Below are positions 28,058 to 36,801 of a DNA stretch of 64,000 nt, piece by piece. Each line of letters opens with the position of its first letter. Positions within the stretch are counted from its first letter, which is position 1. Under the pieces are notes generated by a model. That model saw only the letters and a list, made by a program, of their open reading frames with translations, was not told the DNA's origin and made no database searches. The DNA comes from a virus. Made by a program: the position numbers and the translations under genes. The stretch is taken from IMG/VR virus record IMGVR_UViG_3300032304_000826, positions 1 through 64,000 of that record; one strand, written 5' to 3'.

Positions 28058-29623
28058 TTACGCCGTAGCGTTTCCTGTTAGCTGACCAAGTTTGATGACA
28101 ATAAACTCTGCTGGGTACTCTAGAGCTACGCCAATTTCGATGTTGACGCGACCTGAAGTAAGGTCAGCAGAACTGTTTGTTGATGCATCGCACCGTACAT
28201 AGAAAGCCTTGTCTGGACTTGATCCACGAAGTCCACCCTGTTGCCAGTATGAACGTAGGAAAGAGCCAAGAGCAACACGAAGCTGAGACCATAGACGTTC
28301 GTCATTGTTCTCAAAAATCGCAAATGAGCTTCTATCTGTCATTTCTTTCTTGATGTATGTTAGGGAGCGACGTACGTTGATGTAACGGTCTCCCGGGGTG
28401 TTGTTCATTGTACGTCCGCCCATTACAACAATTCCGGCACCAGGTACTTGACGGATTACGTTAACTGGACGTTGTGAGACGTTCAAGGAATCTAGTTGAG
28501 CATTAGTTAGTTGACGTTCTGCAGCTACTGCAAGAGCTACGCGGTTTGTATAACCGGCAGGAGTCTTGAATACGCCACGAGAAGCATCAGTAGCTAAGTA
28601 CTGGCCTACCATTGCAGCACCAGGTGCTTGATTACGAGTTGCAGCAGCTGAGGCACGAAGTGTGTCTGGGATGGTTACCCATGGGTAGTAGACGGCAGCA
28701 CAGCCACCATCAGATGCGGCAATAAATGCTGCAGTTACGTCATTTGCATATGTTTGAGCCTCAGCTGGTGTAAGACCTGCTGGGGTATCTACAACCGCAA
28801 ATGCATCTCCACGGCCTTCGCAATAAGCTACAAGGTCTGCTTGAACGTTAATAGAGAGTGTTCGCTCAGTAGTAGTTCCAGCAGTAGTGTAGATGTATGC
28901 AGCGTTTGGTACGTTAAATACCATAGGATTGTCAATTGGGTCAAATGACTCAAGAGCCGTTGAGTACTCAGTTCTTGTTGGTGCAGATCCGTTAAGGCCT
29001 GATGAAAGAGACTTTACTCCGTCAACCTTAGGCATATCATCTGGAGATACAGAAGCTGAGTTTAGATCAGATACTATAATAACGCCAGATTGTGAGTTAA
29101 TTACTGATACCACGTAGCGTGGATCAGTAGGATCCATGCTTAGATCTGTGTATTGCTCAAGAATATTAGAGGTTGCATTACCACCAATAGTTGGAGCTCC
29201 ATATACTACAAGAGAGAATCTATTTACTACTCCCGCAGCTTTTGTTTCTACAGATAGAAGATTTCCCCAAGTACCAGCATTTGCAGCTCTTACTAGGAGG
29301 GTGTTTAGGGGTGTTGCAGCACGATCAGTCAATGTTACCTGAGCCTGTGCAGCACCTGTTCCTACTACACGCTTTACGTATAGTTGACGGCCGCCATTGG
29401 CAAAAAAGTTATAGGCAGCCCAAGTTGTTGGATAAGCGTCTTCTAGAACTCCAAAAGTCTTGGTAAAATCTGTCCAAGAGTTTAGAAGAACAGGGTTAAC
29501 TGAAGGTCCCTTTGATAGTGGACCTACAAATGCTCCAATAGCGTTTCCGCTATCTGCAAGAGTTACCGCCTGTGGAAGTTCAACTTCCTGAATGAAAACG
29601 CCGGGTCTACTGTATGTAGCCAT
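28058..29623 (-). CDS. tail sheath protein
   Basis: RPGVFIQE, FFANGG, YYPWV, RGVFKTPAG, YINVRR, FENND, PAEFIVI. Confidence 0.95.
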   Translation of the reverse strand: MATYSRPGVFIQEVELPQAVTLADSGNAIGAFVGPLSKGPSVNPVLLNSWTDFTKTFGVLEDAYPTTWAAYNFFANGGRQLYVKRVVGTGAAQAQVTLTDRAATPLNTLLVRAANAGTWGNLLSVETKAAGVVNRFSLVVYGAPTIGGNATSNILEQYTDLSMDPTDPRYVVSVINSQSGVIIVSDLNSASVSPDDMPKVDGVKSLSSGLNGSAPTRTEYSTALESFDPIDNPMVFNVPNAAYIYTTAGTTTERTLSINVQADLVAYCEGRGDAFAVVDTPAGLTPAEAQTYANDVTAAFIAASDGGCAAVYYPWVTIPDTLRASAAATRNQAPGAAMVGQYLATDASRGVFKTPAGYTNRVALAVAAERQLTNAQLDSLNVSQRPVNVIRQVPGAGIVVMGGRTMNNTPGDRYINVRRSLTYIKKEMTDRSSFAIFENNDERLWSQLRVALGSFLRSYWQQGGLRGSSPDKAFYVRCDASTNSSADLTSGRVNIEIGVALEYPAEFIVIKLGQLTGNATA

Positions 29624-29671
29624 CCGGTTTTACTCCTTACTATGTTAGGTTGTTTACTGTGGGTTCCGAGT

Positions 29672-30271
29672 TTATTGACCGATTGGTGTGAAATCTGTAA
29701 ATTGCTCTTGTAGTGTGATGTTTGGTGGTGTTAGCACTTCGTATAGCTGTACAAGTTGAGCTGGGAGGAACTCCGAGCTAACTTGAACGTTGTAGATATT
29801 TCTAAACAAGCGCTTGTCTTGTTCAGTAGTATCTCGTTTTACGAACCCCATCATGTCTATCCTGCGTACAGTGCCATCTTCAGGAATTGGTAGGAGTCCA
29901 AATCTTAACGGCAGTCTCGCCGTAGAAAATAAGGCATTTATAATCTGCCTATCATGTCTAGGTTGACGAGCATATGTCGTTATTTGATAATCTAAATTTA
30001 CTGGTACTGGGTACCAGGTTGCGTACTCTTCATTAGGGTTTCCACCTTCAGGAGTATACGGCAAATCTATGTAACCTCTATGAGCCCTATCTAGTGACTC
30101 AGAAATTCCCACAAGATCAATTGTGATGTATGGGTAGCTCTGTTGACGGATCTCATTATCTGGTTGACCAAACCACACCCCTACAGGGCGGGTTGCATTA
30201 CCGGAGTCAGAAACAGTAATGCCGCTTATTAAAGTTTTTAAGGCTTTATCTTCATTAATAATATAAGGCAT
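29672..30271 (-). CDS. tail terminator / sheath-stabilising protein
   Basis: YPYITIDL, PVPVNLDYQIT; immediately upstream of sheath. Confidence 0.65.
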   Translation of the reverse strand: MPYIINEDKALKTLISGITVSDSGNATRPVGVWFGQPDNEIRQQSYPYITIDLVGISESLDRAHRGYIDLPYTPEGGNPNEEYATWYPVPVNLDYQITTYARQPRHDRQIINALFSTARLPLRFGLLPIPEDGTVRRIDMMGFVKRDTTEQDKRLFRNIYNVQVSSEFLPAQLVQLYEVLTPPNITLQEQFTDFTPIGQ

Positions 30272-30597
30272 TACATTATCCCCACTTCTATAAGTTTATC
30301 GACCCATTCGTCGCCAAGATCTGGCTGCATCTCACGAATGAAGTCTCTAATGACTGGATTTGGGGGGGTAGAGTCAGTTCCATACTCAAGGTCAATTACT
30401 TGGCCGTCTATAGCTTTGGGGTACTTTACAGACCACTTACCATCAGATCTATCGTTAGAAACAGATAGCTGCATGGCTATAGCGACAGGCCATCCGGACT
30501 GTCGTGCATAATTTCTGATGTTAGCGGTTAGTGTTTTCGCTTCTTTAGCTGCTGCTTTTGCGTAGGTATCTAAGAGGACTTTTGTTACTGAATTCAC
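30271..30597 (-). CDS. neck/tail completion protein
   Basis: LEYGT...PPNP.IR motif. Confidence 0.55.
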   Translation of the reverse strand: MNSVTKVLLDTYAKAAAKEAKTLTANIRNYARQSGWPVAIAMQLSVSNDRSDGKWSVKYPKAIDGQVIDLEYGTDSTPPNPVIRDFIREMQPDLGDEWVDKLIEVGIM

Positions 30598-30755
30598 TTC
30601 TTCTTAGCCTTCGCAGTCAATACATATCCTGCAACAAGTCCAGCTAAGAATTTCTTCTTACCCTTTTTGTCGTCGAAGGCTGTAATGCCGCGAACGAACT
30701 CTTCTCGGTCTGCATCAGACTGAGCTTGGTATAGCCGTTTGGCTAGAAGTATCAT
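30594..30755 (-). CDS. small protein with hydrophobic C-terminal segment, 53 aa (not in ORF track)
   Basis: MILLAKRLYQAQSDADREEFVRGITAFDDKKGKKKFLAGLVAGYVLTAKAKKK; SD GGAGG; GTGA overlap. Confidence 0.7.
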   Translation of the reverse strand: MILLAKRLYQAQSDADREEFVRGITAFDDKKGKKKFLAGLVAGYVLTAKAKKK

Positions 30756-30832
30756 AGTAAATCCTCCAGTAGAAGGCGCAGGTTAAGCAGCAGGGTTCCG
30801 GGTTTCCCCGGCGTCACTTCAAAGGATAAATG

Positions 30833-30854
30833 AAAAAGCCCCCTTTCGGGGGCT
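30833..30854 (-). terminator. intrinsic terminator
   Basis: AGCCCCC-GAAA-GGGGGCT-TTTT on the minus strand after the basic ORF cluster. Confidence 0.85.
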
Positions 30855-30860
30855 AAGTCA

Positions 30861-31055
30861 TTACTTCTTTTTAATCTTTTTAATAATTTTGGCATCAATC
30901 TTTCGGTCTTCTGCCATAGTCTTTGGCTTCTTTTTGGCCCCATGAGCCTTGTCAGCCTTCTCAAATTTTGCCTTCTGATCCGGGGTCATGCCCTTAGTCA
31001 TTTTGGCGTCTTTCTTCTTATCCTTGGCTTCCGTGTACTTATCCTTAGTTGCCAT
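30861..31055 (-). CDS. small Lys-rich basic protein
   Basis: 64 aa, K/D rich; TAATG overlap with upstream ORF. Confidence 0.75.
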   Translation of the reverse strand: MATKDKYTEAKDKKKDAKMTKGMTPDQKAKFEKADKAHGAKKKPKTMAEDRKIDAKIIKKIKKK

Positions 31056-31198
31056 TACATGCCCTTCTTTCTAACCATATTTGACTTCTTGGCTTTACCC
31101 TTAGAGTCAGACTTTTTATCGTACTTCTTGTTAGCCGCGGTCAGGGTCTTCATACCGTGCTTGTCTTTAGGCTTACCGCAGCCACAGGTAGAGCACAT
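31055..31198 (-). CDS. 47-aa basic protein with MCSTCGCG metal-binding N-terminus (not in ORF track)
   Basis: MCSTCGCGKPKDKHGMKTLTAANKKYDKKSDSKGKAKKSNMVRKKGM; TAATG overlaps at both ends. Confidence 0.75.
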   Translation of the reverse strand: MCSTCGCGKPKDKHGMKTLTAANKKYDKKSDSKGKAKKSNMVRKKGM

Positions 31199-31365
31199 TA
31201 CTTTTTCTTCTTCTTTGAGCGAAGAGCAGCAAAGTCAGATCCTTCTAGCTTGCCGTCTTTGTCTGCATCAAGCTTCTTTTGCTTTGGAGACATCTTCTTA
31301 CCGCCCTTTTTGCAGGCGCCTTTACAGCCTGGCTTTGAGCAACCACATCCACATGACTTACACAT
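31198..31365 (-). CDS. 55-aa basic Cys-rich protein with EF-hand-like loop (not in ORF track)
   Basis: MCKSCGCGCSKPGCKGACKKGGKKMSPKQKKLDADKDGKLEGSDFAALRSKKKKK; TAATG overlaps. Confidence 0.75.
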   Translation of the reverse strand: MCKSCGCGCSKPGCKGACKKGGKKMSPKQKKLDADKDGKLEGSDFAALRSKKKKK

Positions 31366-31499
31366 TATTTCTTACCTTTCTTAGGTTTAGCGACTTTGTC
31401 TTTTCCTTTACCTTCAGGCACACAGTTTGGCACCTTCTTACCGTTTTGATTCTTCATACCAACTTGGACGTATCCGTCCCAGCAAGGATTCTTAGCCAT
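31365..31499 (-). CDS. 44-aa basic protein with CW.GY...G.K...VPNCV motif (not in ORF track)
   Basis: MAKNPCWDGYVQVGMKNQNGKKVPNCVPEGKGKDKVAKPKKGKK; TAATG overlaps. Confidence 0.75.
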   Translation of the reverse strand: MAKNPCWDGYVQVGMKNQNGKKVPNCVPEGKGKDKVAKPKKGKK

Positions 31500-31708
31500 T
31501 ACTTACCTTTCTTATGGGGGTTCTTCTTATGCCAGTCTTTGGTGGCCTTAACGCCTTCCTTGACTGTCTTAGCCCCAGCTTTCTTAGTTAGATTAATTTT
31601 ATCGTATTTTCCAGCCTTAGCGCTAGCTTCGTGGTCAACAATAATGTCGCCTTTTTTATTCTTCTTTATTGTGTGGCCTGCGCCACCTACTTTAATTTTA
31701 GAGGGCAT
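31499..31708 (-). CDS. small Lys-rich basic protein
   Basis: MPSKIKVGGAGH...; start moved to ATG 31708. Confidence 0.7.
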   Translation of the reverse strand: MPSKIKVGGAGHTIKKNKKGDIIVDHEASAKAGKYDKINLTKKAGAKTVKEGVKATKDWHKKNPHKKGK

Positions 31709-32273
31709 CTCTAGCTCCAAACGCACTGTAGTTTGCATACTGCTGGAATTGAGGATCATTAATCATTTCTTCAGCGTTTACCTGGTTACAGTCAATACTA
31801 AAAAGGGTGTAGTCATCGGTGATAATTCCCTTAGCAAATACCTGCTTAGGGGTAAATACCTGGTTACGGAATATAATTCGGTCTCGTAAATAAGAGTCTG
31901 GGTTTGTAGGGAGATACTTGAGTTCAGGAATAATCTGAGACTCTGCTCCAGACAAGCTAGATCCGTCAATTACGTCCATATTTATAGTAACGCGAAGTAC
32001 GTCAGTATTGTAGAAACCTCTGTCGCCTTGGACAGTTACGCCTTGGAATAGTGCAGCATTGACTACAGGGATGCTGTGTGGACCATCCCATCTACGGCCA
32101 CCACTGTTGTTACCCACATCGTAGATTGGGTCTACAACGCTAGTGCTGCTGTTATAGAACCACCACTCTATATCATAACCAACAGTACGAACTACTTCTT
32201 TTGAGGTGCCAGAGATAATAGAGGCACGCTCATGCTGTACGTTAAAGCGGCCCTCCACTCTCTCGCCACGCAT
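31698..32273 (-). CDS. head closure/neck protein
   Basis: DPIYD, RGFYNTD, DRI.FRN.VF, EEM.ND.QF; position between head and tail genes. Confidence 0.55.
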   Translation of the reverse strand: MRGERVEGRFNVQHERASIISGTSKEVVRTVGYDIEWWFYNSSTSVVDPIYDVGNNSGGRRWDGPHSIPVVNAALFQGVTVQGDRGFYNTDVLRVTINMDVIDGSSLSGAESQIIPELKYLPTNPDSYLRDRIIFRNQVFTPKQVFAKGIITDDYTLFSIDCNQVNAEEMINDPQFQQYANYSAFGARDAL

Positions 32274-32482
32274 TAGTCCTCCTGAGGAGCGGTAAACGTA
32301 CCGGTCTCTGGGTCGTAGGTGCTGCTAATAAATACGCCACCCTCTACATCGGTTACGTCAACCATTAGAGGTTCGCTTAAAAATATAGCTGCTAGACGAT
32401 CATCTGTATGGATGATATCTACTACCTCATTGTCAATAATAAATGCGACTTTATTTGGCGGCATGTTAGGTGCAGTAGTCAT
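32273..32482 (-). CDS. small fibre-associated protein (chaperone-like)
   Basis: VAFIIDNEVVD...STYDPETGTF; TAATG-coupled start at 32482. Confidence 0.6.
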   Translation of the reverse strand: MTTAPNMPPNKVAFIIDNEVVDIIHTDDRLAAIFLSEPLMVDVTDVEGGVFISSTYDPETGTFTAPQED

Positions 32483-32724
32483 TAGATCTCTTCCTTGTAC
32501 GATATTTGTATGGCTTCCCACTTATGCAGTGGGCAAGAAGCATTAGGCAGCTTTGTCTTTAGCTTCATTATACACCCGCACTCTTTGCACTGCGAAGTAG
32601 ACTTTATAAATCTATCGCAGCCTTTGCAAATGTCTAGGCGCTCTGAAGCAAGCTCGTTTTCTACACGGCCTATGTTTTTATTAAAAAGGTCCCACGGCCT
32701 AGCAGGTCTTGTATTTTCAGTCAT
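32482..32724 (-). CDS. small Cys-cluster protein
   Basis: RLDICKGC...QCKECGC.M..KTKL.NASCPLHKW. Confidence 0.75.
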   Translation of the reverse strand: MTENTRPARPWDLFNKNIGRVENELASERLDICKGCDRFIKSTSQCKECGCIMKLKTKLPNASCPLHKWEAIQISYKEEI

Positions 32725-32732
32725 TGCTCTCC

Positions 32733-34478
32733 TTAAATTGTTCCCAGGAAGTTATCGAGTGTTGATCCTTGAGACCCTGTTGAAGGGGCCTTAATTATAC
32801 CTACCGAGGTCCCCTTTGTAGGGCTGGTAGGCGTAATAACTATATTTGAGCCTAGTTGGCTTGTCAATCCTGCAGAAGCGTACGCCTTAGCGGTAATCTG
32901 GTTTCCAACAGTAGATACTATCAAAGAGCCTACAGTAGTGTAGGTAGTGTTTGTGTTGGTAGCTAGTCGGGTGGAGGATTGGGAAACTACGTTTCCAGAG
33001 ACTGAGCTAACTATAACTAAGTCTGTAAAGTAGGTAGTATCTCCACCAGAGTAAGATACGCCCGAACAACAGCCAGATGGCGTACACCCTGCTCCCGAAC
33101 AGGTAGCCTGTCCTCCAGAGCAAGAGCTGCTTGTTGCTATTTGATTTTGATTTAGGCCTCCGCACGCACCGCCGGAGTAGCAGTTAAACCCGATACAAGA
33201 CGCAGAGCCTGAACAGCTGCTAGAACTTACAAGCGTTGCACAGGAGTATGTTGTTGGAGTAGATGAAGAAGTAGTATGGCAATTGTAGTAATCAACGGGC
33301 ACCGTATTAGTGCTTTGGATATAGTTTCCAATGCATTTTCCTCTACTAACTGTTGAGGTCTGACAGTTATCCCAGCAAGGAATGTATGATGTTGAACAGT
33401 TTCCACTACAGCTTACGGTAGTGCCACCACTACCGGTCCTACAGCAAACAAACGCGGCATTGTTAATACAGCCTGCAGTTGATCTAGATACTTCAACGTC
33501 TCCTGGAGCGCAACCTTCTCCACCAATAAGTGGGCTTTCTGCGGGGTAATAAGAGAACCCGCTACCTCCAGTAGTTACCGATCCGGAACATTGAGTTCCA
33601 CAAGCTGGTATAGAATATGAAGTTGATTGAACAACTCCTGAGCATTGCGTACCACAGGCTGGGGTGGTATAGGTAGTTTGAGTGGTTGTACTTTGGTCAT
33701 AGGCTGTTCCTGGACAACAAGGGGAGCTTGGACTACCGACCCAACCTATAGAAAAATTTGTATAGTTACAGTAAGAGTTATCTACACTTTGATTTTGTGT
33801 AAACGCATACGTAGCGCCGCAACCTGAAGCGCAGCTGCTAAGAGTAACGCTGTTTTGAAAACTAGTACAGTTTAGGCTTCCTGGTGACGAAGTGACCGGT
33901 CCGCAACATCCTGAAGGAACACAGCCAGTGCCGCCTCCAGCACACGGGCTAGAAGTTCCATAACTTTGACTGCCTGAACAAGATGTCCCAGAAACGGTTG
34001 TATTCCAAGTAGAGTAGTAGTAACTAAAAGATTGAGATGTCGTGCAACTTCCTACAATAGCTGAAGTAGACTGAGTATATTGAGGATATGTAGCCCACCA
34101 AGATCCAGAGTCTGTTACCCAGAAAGCAACGCCAGTACCGCCTGAAACATCTGCCTGTGCAGAGATATCCGTGTTACCTAGATTAGCTGAGGCTATTGCA
34201 TAAGAGCTTCCAGCATCATCTGAGATAGCTGAGTTAGACCCACTAATACGCCAGTTACCACGAAGAGCTGTCCATACCTGTCCGCTATCTGCAGTGCCTA
34301 ATCCAGTTACTGTAGATGCTCGGTTAAACGCGTCTTGAACTTTAGAGGCAAACCATTGTCTCCATACGCCACCAACTTTAACGAATGCAGAAGTAGCGGT
34401 TTTCCATTGACCGCCTACTTTTACTGAAAGACCAGATGTGGTCCTCCAGGTACCGTTAACTTTGGATTGACCTGGCAT
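32733..34478 (-). CDS. Cys-rich putative adhesin / fibre tip protein
   Basis: N-terminal KV.G.W repeats; central Ser/Thr/Gly insert with ~36 Cys. Confidence 0.75.
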   Translation of the reverse strand: MPGQSKVNGTWRTTSGLSVKVGGQWKTATSAFVKVGGVWRQWFASKVQDAFNRASTVTGLGTADSGQVWTALRGNWRISGSNSAISDDAGSSYAIASANLGNTDISAQADVSGGTGVAFWVTDSGSWWATYPQYTQSTSAIVGSCTTSQSFSYYYSTWNTTVSGTSCSGSQSYGTSSPCAGGGTGCVPSGCCGPVTSSPGSLNCTSFQNSVTLSSCASGCGATYAFTQNQSVDNSYCNYTNFSIGWVGSPSSPCCPGTAYDQSTTTQTTYTTPACGTQCSGVVQSTSYSIPACGTQCSGSVTTGGSGFSYYPAESPLIGGEGCAPGDVEVSRSTAGCINNAAFVCCRTGSGGTTVSCSGNCSTSYIPCWDNCQTSTVSRGKCIGNYIQSTNTVPVDYYNCHTTSSSTPTTYSCATLVSSSSCSGSASCIGFNCYSGGACGGLNQNQIATSSSCSGGQATCSGAGCTPSGCCSGVSYSGGDTTYFTDLVIVSSVSGNVVSQSSTRLATNTNTTYTTVGSLIVSTVGNQITAKAYASAGLTSQLGSNIVITPTSPTKGTSVGIIKAPSTGSQGSTLDNFLGTI

Positions 34479-34714
34479 TATACGAACTGCACCCAGATAT
34501 CTCCGTCAATGCCCTGACCTGAAGTAGGGGCGTTTGCGGATGTATAAATGTTTCTAACGACTCCCGAAGAAGTAGATGCAGTAGTAACTGTTCCGTTCAC
34601 AACGTTAACAGCACCAATAGCTGAAGGAGTAATACCTAAGCTAGCTGGGTTTAGTTGTGGACTACCAAAGGCTTCCCACTGTCCTGTAGAGATGTCATAG
34701 CGCTTAATAGCCAT
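34478..34714 (-). CDS. small fibre-connector protein
   Basis: C-terminal APTSGQGIDGDIW motif. Confidence 0.65.
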   Translation of the reverse strand: MAIKRYDISTGQWEAFGSPQLNPASLGITPSAIGAVNVVNGTVTTASTSSGVVRNIYTSANAPTSGQGIDGDIWVQFV

Positions 34715-35283
34715 TAGTTAACTCCATACACTAGTGCTGTACCACCAGAGAACGTTCCAGTGGATAAAGAGATTGTCATTTTTGTGAGGGCTGTAGCTTG
34801 GGTGTATGCCTTTGTATCATCTAGCAAAGTAATTACGCTAGAGTTATTGGTATACACGCCCTTTAAGTAACCCCAAGCAAAGCTTGCTGTATCTTGAGTA
34901 TCAACAATATCTATGGTCCAATGATTTGTTGTTACCGCAGGCTTAACGTTTGGGATACTAAAAAGAGCTGATCCAGAGCTGTAGTTAGTAACGTCATCGT
35001 TAAGAGTAATATTTACGGAGGCATTGACTGAAGGTCGAACTCCTCGGAATACTACATACAAATCTTTGTACAAAGTTAGAATAGATAAGTCAACAGAAGC
35101 TCCAGTTAAACTAACGCTAGAGATTAAGTTCTTACCTGCGTTGTTTAATACGTCAGAGTCAATCCAAACGTCCCCATCTATAGGAGAGGCTGGAGTGTTA
35201 GGGCCTACGAATACTCGCTTACCCCTACGGTCATCAGTAAATTGAAGTGGGCCAAGAGGTTGGCCGTTATTTTGTACCGCCAT
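34714..35283 (-). CDS. fibre-associated structural protein
   Basis: VG...P.SPIDGDVWID; C-terminal GT..VYG. Confidence 0.65.
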   Translation of the reverse strand: MAVQNNGQPLGPLQFTDDRRGKRVFVGPNTPASPIDGDVWIDSDVLNNAGKNLISSVSLTGASVDLSILTLYKDLYVVFRGVRPSVNASVNITLNDDVTNYSSGSALFSIPNVKPAVTTNHWTIDIVDTQDTASFAWGYLKGVYTNNSSVITLLDDTKAYTQATALTKMTISLSTGTFSGGTALVYGVN

Positions 35284-35621
35284 TACGCACCAATTTCAGA
35301 ACCGAATGCTTGGAAGCTAAGGTTGGCTGTAGAGGCTACGACTGTTACTGAGTCTGTAGCTGAGAGGGTTACGCCAAGGGTAAAGGTAGTTGTAGTATTA
35401 CCAGGGATAACCGTGTCGTAAGCAAGGTATTGCTTATCCGCTAGGGTTGAGTTATCTTCACGTATAGCTATACGGTAGGTTGCAGAAGATGAACCACGGT
35501 TGCATATGGCTATAGTTGAAACCACAGCGCTTCCCGTGGAGCCTACAGCATATAGCTGAGTTCCTCCGGAAACGTTGGCTGCTGGTGCAACTTGGCCAAG
35601 GATCTTATATGTTGTCGCCAA
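35283..35621 (-). CDS. small beta-sandwich virion protein (paralogue family)
   Basis: MATTYKILGQ...LAYD...G.TL...D; paralogue of 49312..49644. Confidence 0.75.
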   Translation of the reverse strand: MATTYKILGQVAPAANVSGGTQLYAVGSTGSAVVSTIAICNRGSSSATYRIAIREDNSTLADKQYLAYDTVIPGNTTTTFTLGVTLSATDSVTVVASTANLSFQAFGSEIGA

Positions 35622-36681
35622 GAGATTGCTCCTTCGAATAGAAAGCTAGATTAGCTGTAAGGCGGGGGTCAGTTGGGTTAAATTCTACAGCTTTAGACCC
35701 GTGTTGAACTGCTTTGTCGAACATTCCTAAATTAAAGGCGGCTATAGCGGCGTAGTCATAAGGAGCAAATCCCCAGGCAAACTCTTCGCAAAGGTACTCT
35801 AAAGGCTTTTCAGTTATCTCTAGGGCCCGTTCTGCAGCCTGTAGAGAGGCATCCCACATAGACTGTTCGTAATAAAGTTTAGATATCTCTACGTAAGCTT
35901 CTCGCCTATCTGGAGATTGAGCTATTGCTTTTTTTAACCACTCTTCTTGCTCTTGCCAGGTAGCGCTTAATTTTGCTAGGTACCTCATTGAGGCAGCTCT
36001 TTCTGGTGGCCAGACCGCTTTTGGTAAAGATAGGTGTCGTTTAAACTCTTCTGCGGATGCTTCAAATTGACTATAGAAGAATAGCTCTCGTGCGTAGTAG
36101 AAAGCATTTCTATCATCCATAGGATCTTCTTGTACGGATTGGGCTAGCAAAGGCATATACCCAGATCTAGGTTTAGAGTTATCTGCGTGGTGGTGGATTT
36201 GTAATCCCATCCAGCCCTGTGTTTCAGTAATGCGGTCTGTAACCATTACTTCGTGTACTGGATGCTTCCATCTGTAGCCATGCCGAGAATGGATCTTATC
36301 TCCGCCGTATTGAAGGCCGGGAGTACCGTCCTCTTTCCAGCTCCAGGTATATTGATACCTAGGTCTAGTCCAACCCTCTTTATGTGCTTTCTCAAGTTCT
36401 TCTCGCCAACCAGGCAATAGGACTTCGTCCATGTCTAGGGCTATGCAGTAATCTATATCGCTAGGAATTGCTGCAAGAGATGCATTACGAGCATCGTCAA
36501 ATCTCCAGGGTTTAATGGAGATGTGGGCTACATTGATCCCAAGATCTGTAGCATAGGAAACAGTATTGTCAGTAGAACCAGTGTCAGCAATAAGAAGATA
36601 ATCCGCCTCTTTAGCCGATTCATGCCAGTCCTTTACAAATTGTTCTTCGTTTAAAGCGATTGTGTATACCGCTACCCTCAT
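35605..36681 (-). CDS. GT2 glycosyltransferase with C-terminal TPRs
   Basis: VYTIALNEE, ADTGSTD, RFDDARN, DxD in LDMDE, HPVHE, FYYARE plus helical repeats. Confidence 0.9.
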   Translation of the reverse strand: MRVAVYTIALNEEQFVKDWHESAKEADYLLIADTGSTDNTVSYATDLGINVAHISIKPWRFDDARNASLAAIPSDIDYCIALDMDEVLLPGWREELEKAHKEGWTRPRYQYTWSWKEDGTPGLQYGGDKIHSRHGYRWKHPVHEVMVTDRITETQGWMGLQIHHHADNSKPRSGYMPLLAQSVQEDPMDDRNAFYYARELFFYSQFEASAEEFKRHLSLPKAVWPPERAASMRYLAKLSATWQEQEEWLKKAIAQSPDRREAYVEISKLYYEQSMWDASLQAAERALEITEKPLEYLCEEFAWGFAPYDYAAIAAFNLGMFDKAVQHGSKAVEFNPTDPRLTANLAFYSKEQSLGDNI

Positions 36682-36690
36682 GTGCGCCTT

Positions 36691-36801
36691 CTATTCTTCT
36701 GATGCGAATACTAAGTCGTATCCGATTACTGCTCCTGATTCATCCTTGATTTCAAACTTTTCTGCCCCAGTAGCTGGGTCAATACCTAAACTAGTTCTCA
36801 T
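36691..36801 (-). CDS. 36-aa hypothetical peptide (not in ORF track)
   Basis: [36 protein letters not shown]; ATGA overlap with upstream gene. Confidence 0.55.
   Translation of the reverse strand: MRTSLGIDPATGAEKFEIKDESGAVIGYDLVFASEE

Noticed and set aside
30942-31889. 315-aa hydrophobic plus-strand ORF
   Set aside because: Antisense shadow of the Lys-rich micro-genes (AAG/AAA codons read as Leu/Phe and rarely give stops); no SD or recognisable domain.
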